A DNA stretch of 64,000 bases, taken from the NCBI GenBank assembly GCA_036172245.1, contig JAYWIR010000001.1:6572001-6636000 (forward strand), read 5' to 3'. This document shows, in pieces, positions 12,352 through 23,760 of this stretch. The DNA comes from Raillietiella orientalis (lineage: Eukaryota). The position numbers and the translations under genes were made by a program. Position 1 is the stretch's first letter; each line of letters opens with the position of its first letter. Under the pieces are notes generated by a model. That model was not told the origin of the DNA, ran no database searches, and worked only from the letters and a program-made list of their open reading frames with translations.

Positions 12352-15300
12352 GCACCTGCAGAGAGTGAGTGGCCTTGCAACGAGTTCAACGAAGATGACC
12401 TTGCCTGGAACACTGAATGGCAATGGAGAAAGCGGTCCTCTCTCACCGTTTCCGAAGCTGCGGTCACAAACCTGGGGTGCGCCAAATTCCCTCATTTGGT
12501 TTCCTCACTGAAAGAAAGCAGTGGTTGCACTGAGGGAGCCAAAAGAAGATACCTTCTTCACTATCCTGTGACATCCAAAGATGCAATACCTTGAATTCGG
12601 ATGGCCCCAACAGGAGTCATGTCGACAACATAGTGACTTGTGGACTTTTCGTGACCTGTCTTTAAGCATGCGTTGTCGGCACGTCGAACGCGCTGCACTT
12701 TCTTTCAGCAAGGCAAAAGGTTTTCGGCACAGTCTGTCTCCATCAACAGACCTTGGTAAACGTCACACAGCACACGTTTCTCGATCTTTGGCTGAGATGG
12801 AAGGGTAAAATTTTTTTTGCAAGGAATGTATTTTGCAGACTGGACAATTGGTTGAAGTAAGTTCTGAAAGTCGGCAGTCCCTTCTGGCAAGGGCACTCAT
12901 CTTTTTGGCTTCTCTTTTCCTACGCAGCGTGCTTTGTTCGGTTGTAGAGAATTCCTCACGTCTTTCTACATAATGCAATCGGCGAAAAGCATGGAGCTCC
13001 AGAAGGAAGCGATCATGGTCACTCCGCTCATCCTTGTAACCTCTCGTTTCGAGTGCGACGTTCCTGAATGCAGTTTGATGATGCGCTCATCTACGGCTCA
13101 TTAGGAGTTTGAAGAAATGAGGATGCACGCATGGTCATGTCATAGAGGTAATAGTTCGACACTTTGCTCCGCAGAGGCGCTCAAAGAGATAAGAAAGAAG
13201 AAACTGATCGCAAATTCCCCGAAAACTCTGGAAGGTTGGGTCTCGCCTTATTGTGTAGTCCTTGAACTATTCTAATAAAAACAAGAAAACACACAAATGA
13301 TGCGATTCTCCAACTACACTGACCAAAGTTCGCAAGTGGAAAACCAGCATCAGCAGCTCATGAGAACAGAAAAGTCGTGTTGAGAGACTTCCAGAGGGCT
13401 TAAATCCGCGTAATGTGGTGAATTCGTAGGATTCGTTGAATGAAACCACCGAGACTTCCTTCGATGACTGCCCAAATCGATCCTTTGAAGAAGACTGATA
13501 TTCGTCGACTTGTCCGGACGATCTTGACCGTTTTCGGGTCCGGAGGATGTTTGTTGTACCGAAATCGATCGATCGAACGCTTCCAAAGCCTCAAAGCTGC
13601 ACTGTTTCGCGGAGGTTGCCTAGTTATCACCACACTGACAGGTGGACCATACGAGGGATTTCCTTGTGCAGCGGGTGATCAAACGAGGCTGCTTTTTAAC
13701 TTCCCTACTTTTTTAAATACTCACTGAGTGTTTTCTGCACAACCTGGAGAAAAGTTTCTGGAAAGACATCCCTCATCCACATGCCGATTACTGGGTCATC
13801 ATTGAATGATCTAAGGATCAACTGAGGAAAGGGTTATTGCACTCCGAAGTCGATGGAGATGAACAGGTCGTTCCATGAACTTGCCCAATGCATTTTTTGG
13901 GGACCGTGTGACCAGGTTTTCTAAAGTTTGAAGTCCCAAGACCTCATGCACGCAAAATGAGGGAAGGAATGGTAGACGTGTGCATTCCGATGGAGTCCAA
14001 ACAGCTGATGTCAATGATTGGGATGTACTCGATGCAACGCACGTGATCCCTAGGAATACTGGGTTTCCGAGAAAACAGAGAGTAAGGAAGGAGGATTCGG
14101 TGTGCATAGGATGGAGATCGTTTCTGTGAGACAGCCGCAAAGAATTATTTATATAAGTGGGGAATGAGAAATATTTTGCAGTTCTATTATGCTGTTAATT
14201 CGCGTTATGCATGAAATTGAACTTTCTTGAGTATTTCGTTCCCCTTTGTTTAAGTATATAGATCTCCTAAAGCCGATTTTACAGCTTCACAGAAGAATAT
14301 TCGTTTGTACTTTCAGTACATCCTTAACTTCAAGGAAGCGATTATAAATTAGAAAAGGCTTGCCTCGTCAGATTCGTAGGACCACTTGAATGGTAGTTGC
14401 GAAGTTGTCAAAGCTCGTAGTCTTCCGAAAACATTATGCATGCATGCGAAACGCAATTTGGTTTCCCTCATGCTGTACACCACAGAGGTACCGTACTTGC
14501 GGGTCGAGGAACACCGCTTATGTGGGAATTCGCGGAAGGAAGTCTGCGATGTCGATCACACGAAGAAACACCACGAGAAGCTTTTCTATGTCTCCCATCA
14601 TGATCGCTCAAGTGACAACACAAATCTGCGGCTCACAGTTACTCCAAGCTGGCTTGCTGAAGAGGAAATGACGAAATGTCATTTAAGGTGTGAGATTCGC
14701 GTGAATAATAAAAACCGGATTTTCTCCAATTTCTTGTGCACACTACAGGAAGGCAATGGCGCTAGAATCTTCGTTTCTTCACAGGTCATCAATATGCCAT
14801 ATGGAGGTGGTTTTCGAAAAGCGCCTTCACGCGGCTCCATGCCTGAAGGCAATTGGAATTGGGAGGTGGGAAGCTTCTATAATGCCACCTTCAAGTGAGC
14901 AGAGACCACGCATTCTCTGCAACCTCATGTCATCAGTATCAGGGTTGCACTAGATATTGGGGACTAACAGATGAACGTACTGAGGAATTGGAGAGCGCAG
15001 TTCCACATTGGTATCCATGTTGGAAGAATGCTGTTCCACCTGGGATGAACTGAAGCGGAATTCGGTCGCGTAGACTGTGCTCATCCCTGTTGTTTTCATA
15101 ACAAGATCCTCACAGTTGCGATGGGCGGGAGTTTCATTGCAGCAATCAGAGAGTCCAGAAACTTCTCGATGGCTGCAAAACAGGCAAGTCGGTGAACGTC
15201 GCAACTTCTCGTTTACGGGCAAAGGAGTCTATCAGTGGAGTTATTCCTCGTTGCACGCTCCGAAGAGATCGAGGTCCTCCCCTGCGTTCACCAACACTTC

Positions 15301-15679
15301 AGTGTTCTTATGAAGACGGAAACGAGACTTTCCGTTTTTCTGCACTTCGGATCTCAGCGCAGTGAGTGCACAAAGCTCGTTTTCAGAGGAAACGCTTTGC
15401 CGAACTGTTGTTTAAGGTGCGGGGCTATCGAATCGTTCCCGCTCTTCCTGTTGCACCGCAGTGCCCACTTGGGCATGTGGCGGCGCTTCGTTTGGGCAGT
15501 GCGTCACCTGAAGCGCCCCGATTTTCGACTTGCCGCGGCGTTTCTTCACGCGAGACGAGCTGACTTCAAGCCCTCTGATCGCAGAGAAGTGTTGCAATCG
15601 TGCTATCGACGCTGCAGCCCTCTCCGTCATGGAGACCCATTAGCAGCAAAGGAAGGTCTCTAGCATGGCAGCTGCCTTG

Positions 15680-16550
15680 ATGACAGTGATGACAGCTGCC
15701 TACCGGCGAGGTACGCAGTTGCCTGCACCATCGCAGGAACAACCCGACTCATGGGCGGCTGGAGGACTAGCGAACTGGCAGACGCCGCCACGCCCCGCAA
15801 CATCCCGAAGGGACTCCTTCGGTGGAGTGAACTCTTGAGTGTGCCCCCCGAAGAACTTGTGGTCCCTCCCTCGTGCGTGGACACTTCTGTGTTCCCCCTT
15901 TCTTGGAAACAGGACATCATCATGCTGGTGCATTGGGGCTTCCATTGCAACCAGCGCACGAACCTTGTTTCCGGATGAGTTGCCTCCCCGAACTGTAAAA
16001 GGTGCGGAGCAGGAGAAACTCTCCTGTATCTGCTTTTCGACTGCCGTGTCCTCCAAGGACTGTGGCGGAGGCTGGCCTCGGCTCTCCTGCTCCAGGGGAA
16101 CACCGCAAGGATTTTGATGCGCCACCACGCCAGGCGGCCTGTCCTTAGGTGCGGTCGTCGCAACGGTCTGTTGCAACCGCGCTATCGACAAGGCCCAACG
16201 AGAGCTGGAGAAGTAGACGATTCGTCGACAGGCCAGCGGAATAGTCGACGAGAACATGACATCGGTTGCCGTGTGGTCTCATCTTCCGGAAGACGTCAGG
16301 AAGGATATCTCTGGCATCGAATGCCGGTTCTGAAAAAAAGGAACGGCCGAAGCCAAAGACCCCTGTCCCCCCCATGTCTTTTTTTTATATTTTTTTATAT
16401 ATTTATTGGTGGTCCCCTCCCTTCCGTTCCGGACTTTCAGTCTACCAACCTGAGTGTCGGGGAGCCCTCCCTTCGTTTTTCTGTGTTCTTTGTCCGGGAA
16501 CTCTGTTCCTGGATAGTTTAGAAATAAACGCCCCGAAACACCCGGGTGGG
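15680..16550 (+). mobile_element. 5'-truncated family B LINE: ORF2 C-terminus plus 3' UTR
   Basis: WRTSELADAATPRNIPKGLL (cf. WTYRELADAAAPSFPPKGLF at ~38360), LVHWGFHC..NCKRCGAGETLLYLLFDCRVLQGLW (zf-RVT-like), a T-rich UTR and AATAAA at 16523. Confidence 0.75.
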
Positions 16551-16849
16551 AAGCAGCTTCCTTGATGATTGAACATCGAATTCGATGAGCACTGCAGTCT
16601 ACGTTGTCCGACTACTTCCGGCTTGTGCTCGAATTCCATCCTCGCGATAGAGGTCCACCCTCTCAAGAGTGATGCTCCCAGGGAACTGGTCAAACCACGC
16701 ATCTCCGCAAACTCCTGCGAGCATTTGATCTGCAGACGCTCGAAAACTTCGACAACTCAAAATGCTGAGTCTGGGAGTTCCGCGACCAGTTCCTGTGGAC
16801 CCACTTCCCCCAGGTTTCAACGAGGGATTAAGAATCGAAAAGGAGTATC

Positions 16850-17181
16850 TCCATTCCCGTTTCTCCTGTCGGAATCCCGACACTCGACGTCTGGAGGAAT
16901 ACAAAGCTGGTCCTGAGAGGCAGATCGGGCAATCAGGGTCGGCCAGCGCACTGGACGACCAGAGTCAAGAAAACTCGGACCAAGCTCAGGTGAGCCACAT
17001 CCTGCAGGATTTCTACTTCTCCGCTTACGCGAAATCAAAATCAGAGCGCGATTTGGAGCAGAGTTTGCTGCCAGGAGGCGAACCCGCTTTAGGAGAGGAT
17101 CAAAAAAGCCTCGATGATCCTTTTACGATGGCGGAGATTATCTTCGTCATCAGAAAGCTCAGGAAGAACAAGGCACTAGGA
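16850..17181 (+). mobile_element. LINE ORF2 fragment, linker just upstream of RT
   Basis: ILQDFYFSAY...LDDPFTMAEIIFVIRKLRKNKALG resembles the FY..LY / L..PIT..EI..AI..L..NKAPG region of L1/Tx1 ORF2. Confidence 0.7.
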
Positions 17182-17189
17182 GTTTTTCA

Positions 17190-17935
17190 CTCGGATAAGC
17201 CGGGGCTTTTATTGTTAAAATTTTACATAATTTGTGATATTGAAATTTTGTCTTTTGGCCCTTGCTTCTTCCAGAACACATGGTTCTGGCAGTGTTTTTT
17301 CACTTGTCCTTACCGACCCGCTGGCCAGTGTGGTACTCTCCACGAGCGAAAGGGATGGGAAAACCAAAACAAAAAAAGAAAAACAAAAAACAAAAACGCC
17401 AGGGGGACAAAGTTTTATGAGGTGGGGAAGGATGGGATGCGATCACTGGTCGTCAGGAGGAGTCCTCTGCATCCGGTTTCGGATGCGGGCAAGTGCCGGT
17501 TGAATTGCCCACCGGCGCCATCGGCATGCCTTCTCCATGGAGAGGGCTGTCCAACGAATGGCGCTCCGGTTTCTATGGCCTCTCCTAGACGCAGTCCACT
17601 TCTCTAGCATTTCGCGTATGCAGCAGAGAACTGCAACACTCGCGGCTGCTGGCAGGGCGTCCCGCATCAAGAGGAGACGGAAAATGACCTTTGGGTCACC
17701 CACCGGAATGTTCACAATCGATGAGAGTCGATCCCGCATGGGCCGGAGGGCGACACACTCGATGAGTAGGTGGAGGAAGGTTTTCCTTTCCTCACACTCT
17801 GTACAATCGGCATCCACACTCCCTGATGTCCAGTGGAAGAGGCGTGCTCTGCAAAGGAGTCCCCAATGGAGTACTAGCAGCGCCATTTCTTGCCACTTTA
17901 GGGGGAGGGTGCCAGGAGTAGGTGGCCTGTCCGCG
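17190..17935 (-). mobile_element. Family B LINE ORF2 C-terminus plus 3' UTR
   Basis: ORF 17443..17886-: LHWGLLCRARLFHWTSGSVDADCTECEERKTFLHLLIEC (CX2C..HX4C), followed by a T-rich UTR and AATAAA at 17213-17208. Confidence 0.8.
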
Positions 17936-17949
17936 TAGTTTTACCAATT

Positions 17950-18660
17950 AATCCCGGCAGAGCTTGCTCCCCTGATGCACCGCTTATGCACGGTGATCCG
18001 TGAACGAAGCGAGATAACGGCTCGTTTTGGTGAAAAAGAGTACGTCTCATCCTTCGCAACATCGGCAACATGCGTCCCGTCACAGAGGTGAATGAGATCG
18101 CGAATTCGCTTGCCAAACTGTGGGTCCAAAACTTGCCAACCAGACGCGTGGCGGAATCCGTGATCACTCCGAAGCAGACTTACGCTGCTCCCGGACGAGC
18201 AACGGAAGCCAACCTGTTTTTCCCAAGCGCCTGGTGCCAGCTGCTACAGTGCATTACACCATCGGGGCAAATGGATCCTGAATTCCCCTTTGACCAGGGA
18301 AGGGAAGGTCAACTAGGAACGGGTGTGTTGGGAGCCTCTGCGGTCACGGTCGTTTTGCGTAAAGCGTTCGACTGCGTCCACCAATATCTCTGGGCTCCTA
18401 GAACGCGTGGGTTTCCCTTCTGTGCTTCTGGTTTATCTGCGCTCTCGCTGGCGCTACGGGATTTCAAATAATTCTTTCAGCTGCTGGCATAAGGCAAGGT
18501 GACAATCTGAGTCATTTGGTCTTCGGCATGCACTTTGAGCTGGCTGTGAGAGCACAAAGACAGACTCTAACAACTCGGCCGAGCTCGTGTCCGGGAATAC
18601 CTGCCATTTCCACTTATGCGGACGACCTTCTACAGCTCTTTTTTATACCCGCCCCGCCGT
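17950..18660 (+). mobile_element. Degenerate LINE reverse transcriptase core
   Basis: NMRPVTEVNEIANSLAKLW, ITPKQTYAAPGR, LRKAFDCVHQYLW and, in another frame, ISTYADDLL (~18610). Confidence 0.8.
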
Positions 18661-18674
18661 CAGCAGTCGATTCT

Positions 18675-19240
18675 CACTCCAGTAGTACGCCAGGGTGTTT
18701 ATTCATAGTGTAAGAAAAAAAAAAAATCTGCAGTTGGATTAGTGGTCCAGCCCCGTCCTTTTTGAGCTAACCTGCCGCGTCACTGGTTTGCGGACCGTTG
18801 AGTTCCACCAAGGCATCACAGGGGATGGGCAAACGAAAAAAGAAAAAGAAACAAAATTACAAATAAATGAACAAACATGGGAGGATGCGGGAGGGATCAC
18901 GTTCTATTGAGGGCGACCCTCTGCATTTTTTCGAGGATGCTGGCATGCTCTTGCCGGATGGCGTTTTCCAGGTGGGCCCATCTTGCCATCCCCATGAAGC
19001 GGATGGCAAAGCGAAGGAACCGTCCTTTTCTTGCGTCTCACGATGCAGCTAGGATCCTGAGTAGGAAGCAGAGAGCCGCAAGCGAGGCTGCTGATCGAAG
19101 ACCGTCGCTCAGAAGGAGGGATTGTAAAGCGTCCCTGGAGAAGAGCCTGAGGGCAACATAATCCACAAGCAAGTGGGAGAGGGATTCGCATTCCCCGCAA
19201 CTGAAACCATTTCGGTGCACACATCTCCGTGTCCAGTGAT
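18675..19240 (-). mobile_element. Short family B LINE 3' end
   Basis: SCGECESLSHLLVDYVALR..AASLAALCFLLRIL is homologous to the 17443 copy. T-rich UTR and AATAAA at 18703-18698. Confidence 0.7.
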
Positions 19241-19383
19241 GCCGGTGGGTGTTTTGATAGAATAAAAAGAAAGTGTATTTTATAAAAAGGTGTGTGGATA
19301 TTTAACATGGATTTGGAAAAGTTCTACTGTGTGCCCTTTATATATTGGTATATTTGAGATGTAGCTGATATATTTCATCGCAC

Positions 19384-19420
19384 TCGGATGTCCTGCTCGG
19401 GAAGCGAGCAGGACATCCGA
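19384..19420. repeat. Perfect 16-bp stem, 5-nt loop hairpin
   Basis: tcggatgtcctgctcg-ggaag-cgagcaggacatccga. Confidence 0.92.
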
Positions 19421-21399
19421 AGTCACTCACTTTGTGACCGATCCATGGAGAAAACATTTCCAGGACGGTGCGCGCGATCTCATTCTTCACGAGCACCGCC
19501 ACCACCTTCGTCTTATTGGCACCAACGCTCGCGAACAGCTGAGTTTCCAGTCATCGTTTGAGCCCGAGACAGATGTGGTGGTCCGTCTCGTGGGTCCCCC
19601 CGCAGGCACACGATGTAGTTACTTTGGATGTTCCGCGTGATCTGCCTGCGCTTCTCCAGGTTAGCATTTCGTTCACGTACCTGGAAGCGACCTTGAACTG
19701 GTAGTCGACAGGAGGAAGGATATCGCAAATCATCGGACAGATTTGGTTTTCTTCTTTTTCTGCTTAAGAGAAGTCCATTGCTTGTTGCATTGACAACGTC
19801 TCTTTCGAACTCAGAGAAATCGGTGCTTTCATCGATGGTACTCTCCATTTCTTTAGGTAGACAAGCAGACTGTTTTTTTTCTTCCAGGGGCCAAGGACTG
19901 TTTTCGATGAATTTAGTACTTCCTTCATTTACGACGTCCTACGTCTGTAGTCCAAATTGATCATGCACCATCGTGTTTAGTATATTGTCTTTGAGGGAGG
20001 AGATTCAGAACCGGGTCTCTTTTCCCTCTTCCGTGTTTTTGGGACGGATTGCAGCCCCTAGCTTCGCTGTATGTTTTTCTAGCTCCTTTGCCTATTATTC
20101 CTCTTCCTTGATCTCGCTGCTCTCCGTTAGTGCTACTGAGAGAGAAGAAAGCTCTTTCGCCTTCAACTTCTGTTCCGTTTTTTTTTTTTTTCCTCCAGGG
20201 ATTCGATATGGTACAGTTCAATTCCTTTGGTCGTGGACCCTTGCTGTTGTTGCAGTACCTATTCTTGCACTGCAAACAGCAAGGATAGTTCTTTTGTGAA
20301 TTGCCACGCCGAGAATTTTCTGCATTCTGTTTCGGTGCGTCCTCATTCTTTCCATCATTCCATTTCTGTAACTCAAGACGACAAACAGCGAGTGACCATC
20401 AAGAACGGCTGCACTGTTAGCAAGCAAGTTGGCAGGGAACAACCGTGCGTCTAAAAGTGTTGAGGAGCTGAATTCAGTCCCAGTATTTCGAGCTGCTACA
20501 CGATTTTCTCCAGTGTCAAGAGACTAAGAATCCCACACCGATGAGGAGCCACCAGGTCCTTAAAGTGGACTCAAGACATGCACTTCCACCGTTAGGTGAT
20601 CCTTAACAATTCCACCATTTTTCAGGATGCTCAGTAATCATTACCACGGAGCCACATACTTGAATCGGAACCTCCGACTGACGTTGGAATATTCCAAAGA
20701 AGTATTTTCGATAAACCGAAGTCAGCTCACATGATCCTCAGAGAACGATGGAAGCCATCTTTTGAATACAGAGTTCATTCACTAGCAGACCGAAGCTCGA
20801 AAGAGTGTTGGCAGTGATGGAGTGTTGGCAGCGGAGCTGCTAACCCATCGCTCCAGAGGCCACAAGCTGAAATCAAACACACATTCGCAAGAACGTGACA
20901 TGCTCAGAATTGCATTTTTGGGTGACGTGAGCAGTCATCATCATCCTCTTGCATGTCCTGTATCCACAACCGACTCCTTCGTATTCACAGCAGAGGCTGA
21001 GCCTGGTAGCCTCGCAAACTTTATAGACTGCAATGCAACGAAGAACGAAATCGTTTCATTTTCTTAGGTAGCTGTTGTTAATGCGGAGGGAAATATTCGG
21101 CATTCCTTGCTAGATGCTCTCTGCAGTGCCAGTCGGCAGTTACCAAGGGCATCTTCAAAGCTCAATTCATCTGGAGTTTGGCTGAAAACTATTGAGTTGG
21201 ATAAAAACATACTATCTAAGAATATAAACGCTGGTACCAGCAGACCTGAAAACAGACGTAAAATCACGGGCTTTTAATTTAAGGTATGAGTCTTCTGTTT
21301 TGAGCAAAAAGCACTACAAAGGCAAAGCAAAACAAACGAAGCAGAGCAACGTGCACCTCTTGACGTCCTGACCTGCTCCCATTCCAATCATCGCTGCGG

Positions 21400-23760
21400 G
21401 TACACGGGCATCTTGCTCAAGGAGCATCCATGTTAAAGCAAAGAGATAAGTTCTGAAGGAAATTAAAAAAGGTGGGTTCTTACTTAGTAAAAAGATTTTA
21501 AACAAATGACACATAATGTGGCTGAAGGCATCCATAGCGTTCGTTTGATAGAAGACTGTTCAGGGAGCAAAGGTTTATTCTATTTTCTACCAGACAGCTA
21601 TGTAAAGGATCTCTGTGCTCTATGCCGCAGCCAGTTTCATACGGATACCCAAAAAGTAGGACCGCGAATGCATTCAGTAGGCAGAGTTTTCATGGCAAAA
21701 TAAAGGCATCTGCCGTACGATACATTCATCTGTAGCCCTCTAGCTATTGCTGTTCCAGTAAGAAATTTCGGGTGCGCACCAAGCAGGGGATTCGGCAACT
21801 CGCTTCATCCGGGAGAAAGCTGTCGATGACTGTGCCTTTCTCCACGAACACAGTCAAGAGTTGGGCTTTCACCATTCCCAACGCCGGTCCATGACTCACA
21901 TGAACGAAAGAAACTCACCAATACTAGAGATATTTTCAGGCAAACATGCGTCGTACCCAAAGCACAAAAAATCTGCATTTCCTTTGCCTTTAGCAGACGT
22001 ACTTTCGGTTATGCCCCTGATTTGTATTTTCAAAATTCGAGTTTTCCAATGTATCCATTTAGTTCTCCACTAAAGTCCGTTGAACGCATTAGAAAACCAT
22101 TGCAACCCCAAACAGCTGAGGATGCTTCCCCGATTTCTCTTATGTGATTTTGACCTTAATGACGCGGTCTTCCTTCGTTTTAGTGAAAAAGAGAGAACTA
22201 CATATTCTGTCAAGTCAAACTTCTCTTCAAAATTCAGGAAATAACTTACATCGAATAGCAGCGTGCATACAAAAGAAGAGACTACAAATATTGCGGATGA
22301 TAATCCAACGCTTGATCTAAATTGAAAGTTTCTGTGTTGAAGGCCGAGACTTCGCTGGCCGAGACTAATGACTCTACAATTCATTTAAATGAAGTTGGCA
22401 GCCCGTCGAATCCCATCCCCCAGTACTGAAGAACCGCCGATTACTCCAGGGTCAAACTGCTCCAGAGTTGGCTGCATTCCTGCCTTTCTAAACTTGGAAG
22501 GGCAGGAAACGTTCGCCGGCATCTCTATTCTGTGTCATCCTGAGATGTCTGGACCGCTTCAGAGGGTTGGTGTCGAAGAGAGCTCTGCATGCGGGAATGC
22601 ACTAAACGAAAATCACCATTTCGGCGTAGTAAAAGCAGAAGTAGACGCAAAGGAAAAAACTAAAACGAACAGCGGTAGCTGTGTAAAAAAAAGAAGAAAC
22701 AAGAATGGCTCCAAAAATCACCCAGAGCAGACCTGGATACCCTCCGTCCATTCAGATACCTGGACCAACAAGCACTCAAGCTCTCTGAATAGACGAAAAG
22801 CAATTTTGTGAGGGTATCGCGCAATTCAGCTCAGGAAATGGACATCATCAGAACAAAAGCATAAAGACGAAAGCGTTCGGGTTCTGCTGCAGTGATGACT
22901 CCATCCACTGCGTCACCCGAATGAAGATGTCAAGTGCCTTCGACTGCACGGAGAGAGCTAAACGAGCAACTCCGAACTTCGCATTTCCTTCGTGTTGTTG
23001 AGGAGCAGAACTCGAGGTTCACGAAGAGCATTTTGAAACACCTTCCCCGAGATCCCCAAAAAGGAGAGACAGCAGATGGTACCACGGTTCATACATCTGA
23101 AGGATTGGAAAGCACCACCAAGAAATGTTTACGCTAAAAACGATCATGAAATACCTTCATTTCGCGAAGATGGTACTCCTTCGCAGCTGCGAAGAAATCT
23201 GTATCAAATTCTCTACGAGTACATCCTTCGGATCCAAGTTACTCAGCTCGGACTCGGTTACTCACTCTTGCATAGAGAACGCATACGATGTTTCCAACGA
23301 TAACATAGGTAAGCAACTTTTGAAAATGTCTTCAAGACAGGCGGAAGAATCAGGTCGCTTATGCCACTTCCAACGATATACAACGTGACACCTATCACTG
23401 TCGTTTTAGCTGTATGAAGAAAGCGCAAAAGAGCGTAAACTTTTGGCGGTGTTTCATTTCCAACAGCACATTTTGACAGTGTCCTCCCACAAACTGTGAT
23501 CTCAACTTGCGAGCGATAAGATGAGCGACTGCCAAATTGTGCCCTCGAATGAGCACATCCTGTTCTTGCCGGCCTGCATAATCACACTCGACAGTCGCTG
23601 AAGAGAGCTCCTTTCTCCTGCAAAAAGAACACCAGATACATCTCATTTCCGGAAACCTTTGCTCTCGCCATGAAGGGCTGAGACCTTGGCAACCATTGAC
23701 TACCACTTTCCTCAAGTCACGATTGCTGGAGACTTCCAGCTGCAGCCAAAGAGACTGCTG
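21400..23760 (-). pseudogene. Unidentified dispersed unit, copy C
   Basis: GHCQNVLLEMKH, GVITAAEPERFRL, MDGGYPGLLWVIFGAILV, KFRKAGMQPTLEQFDPG..GDGIRRAANFI, DRVIKVKI, TADAFIL. Many stops and frameshifts. Confidence 0.65.
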
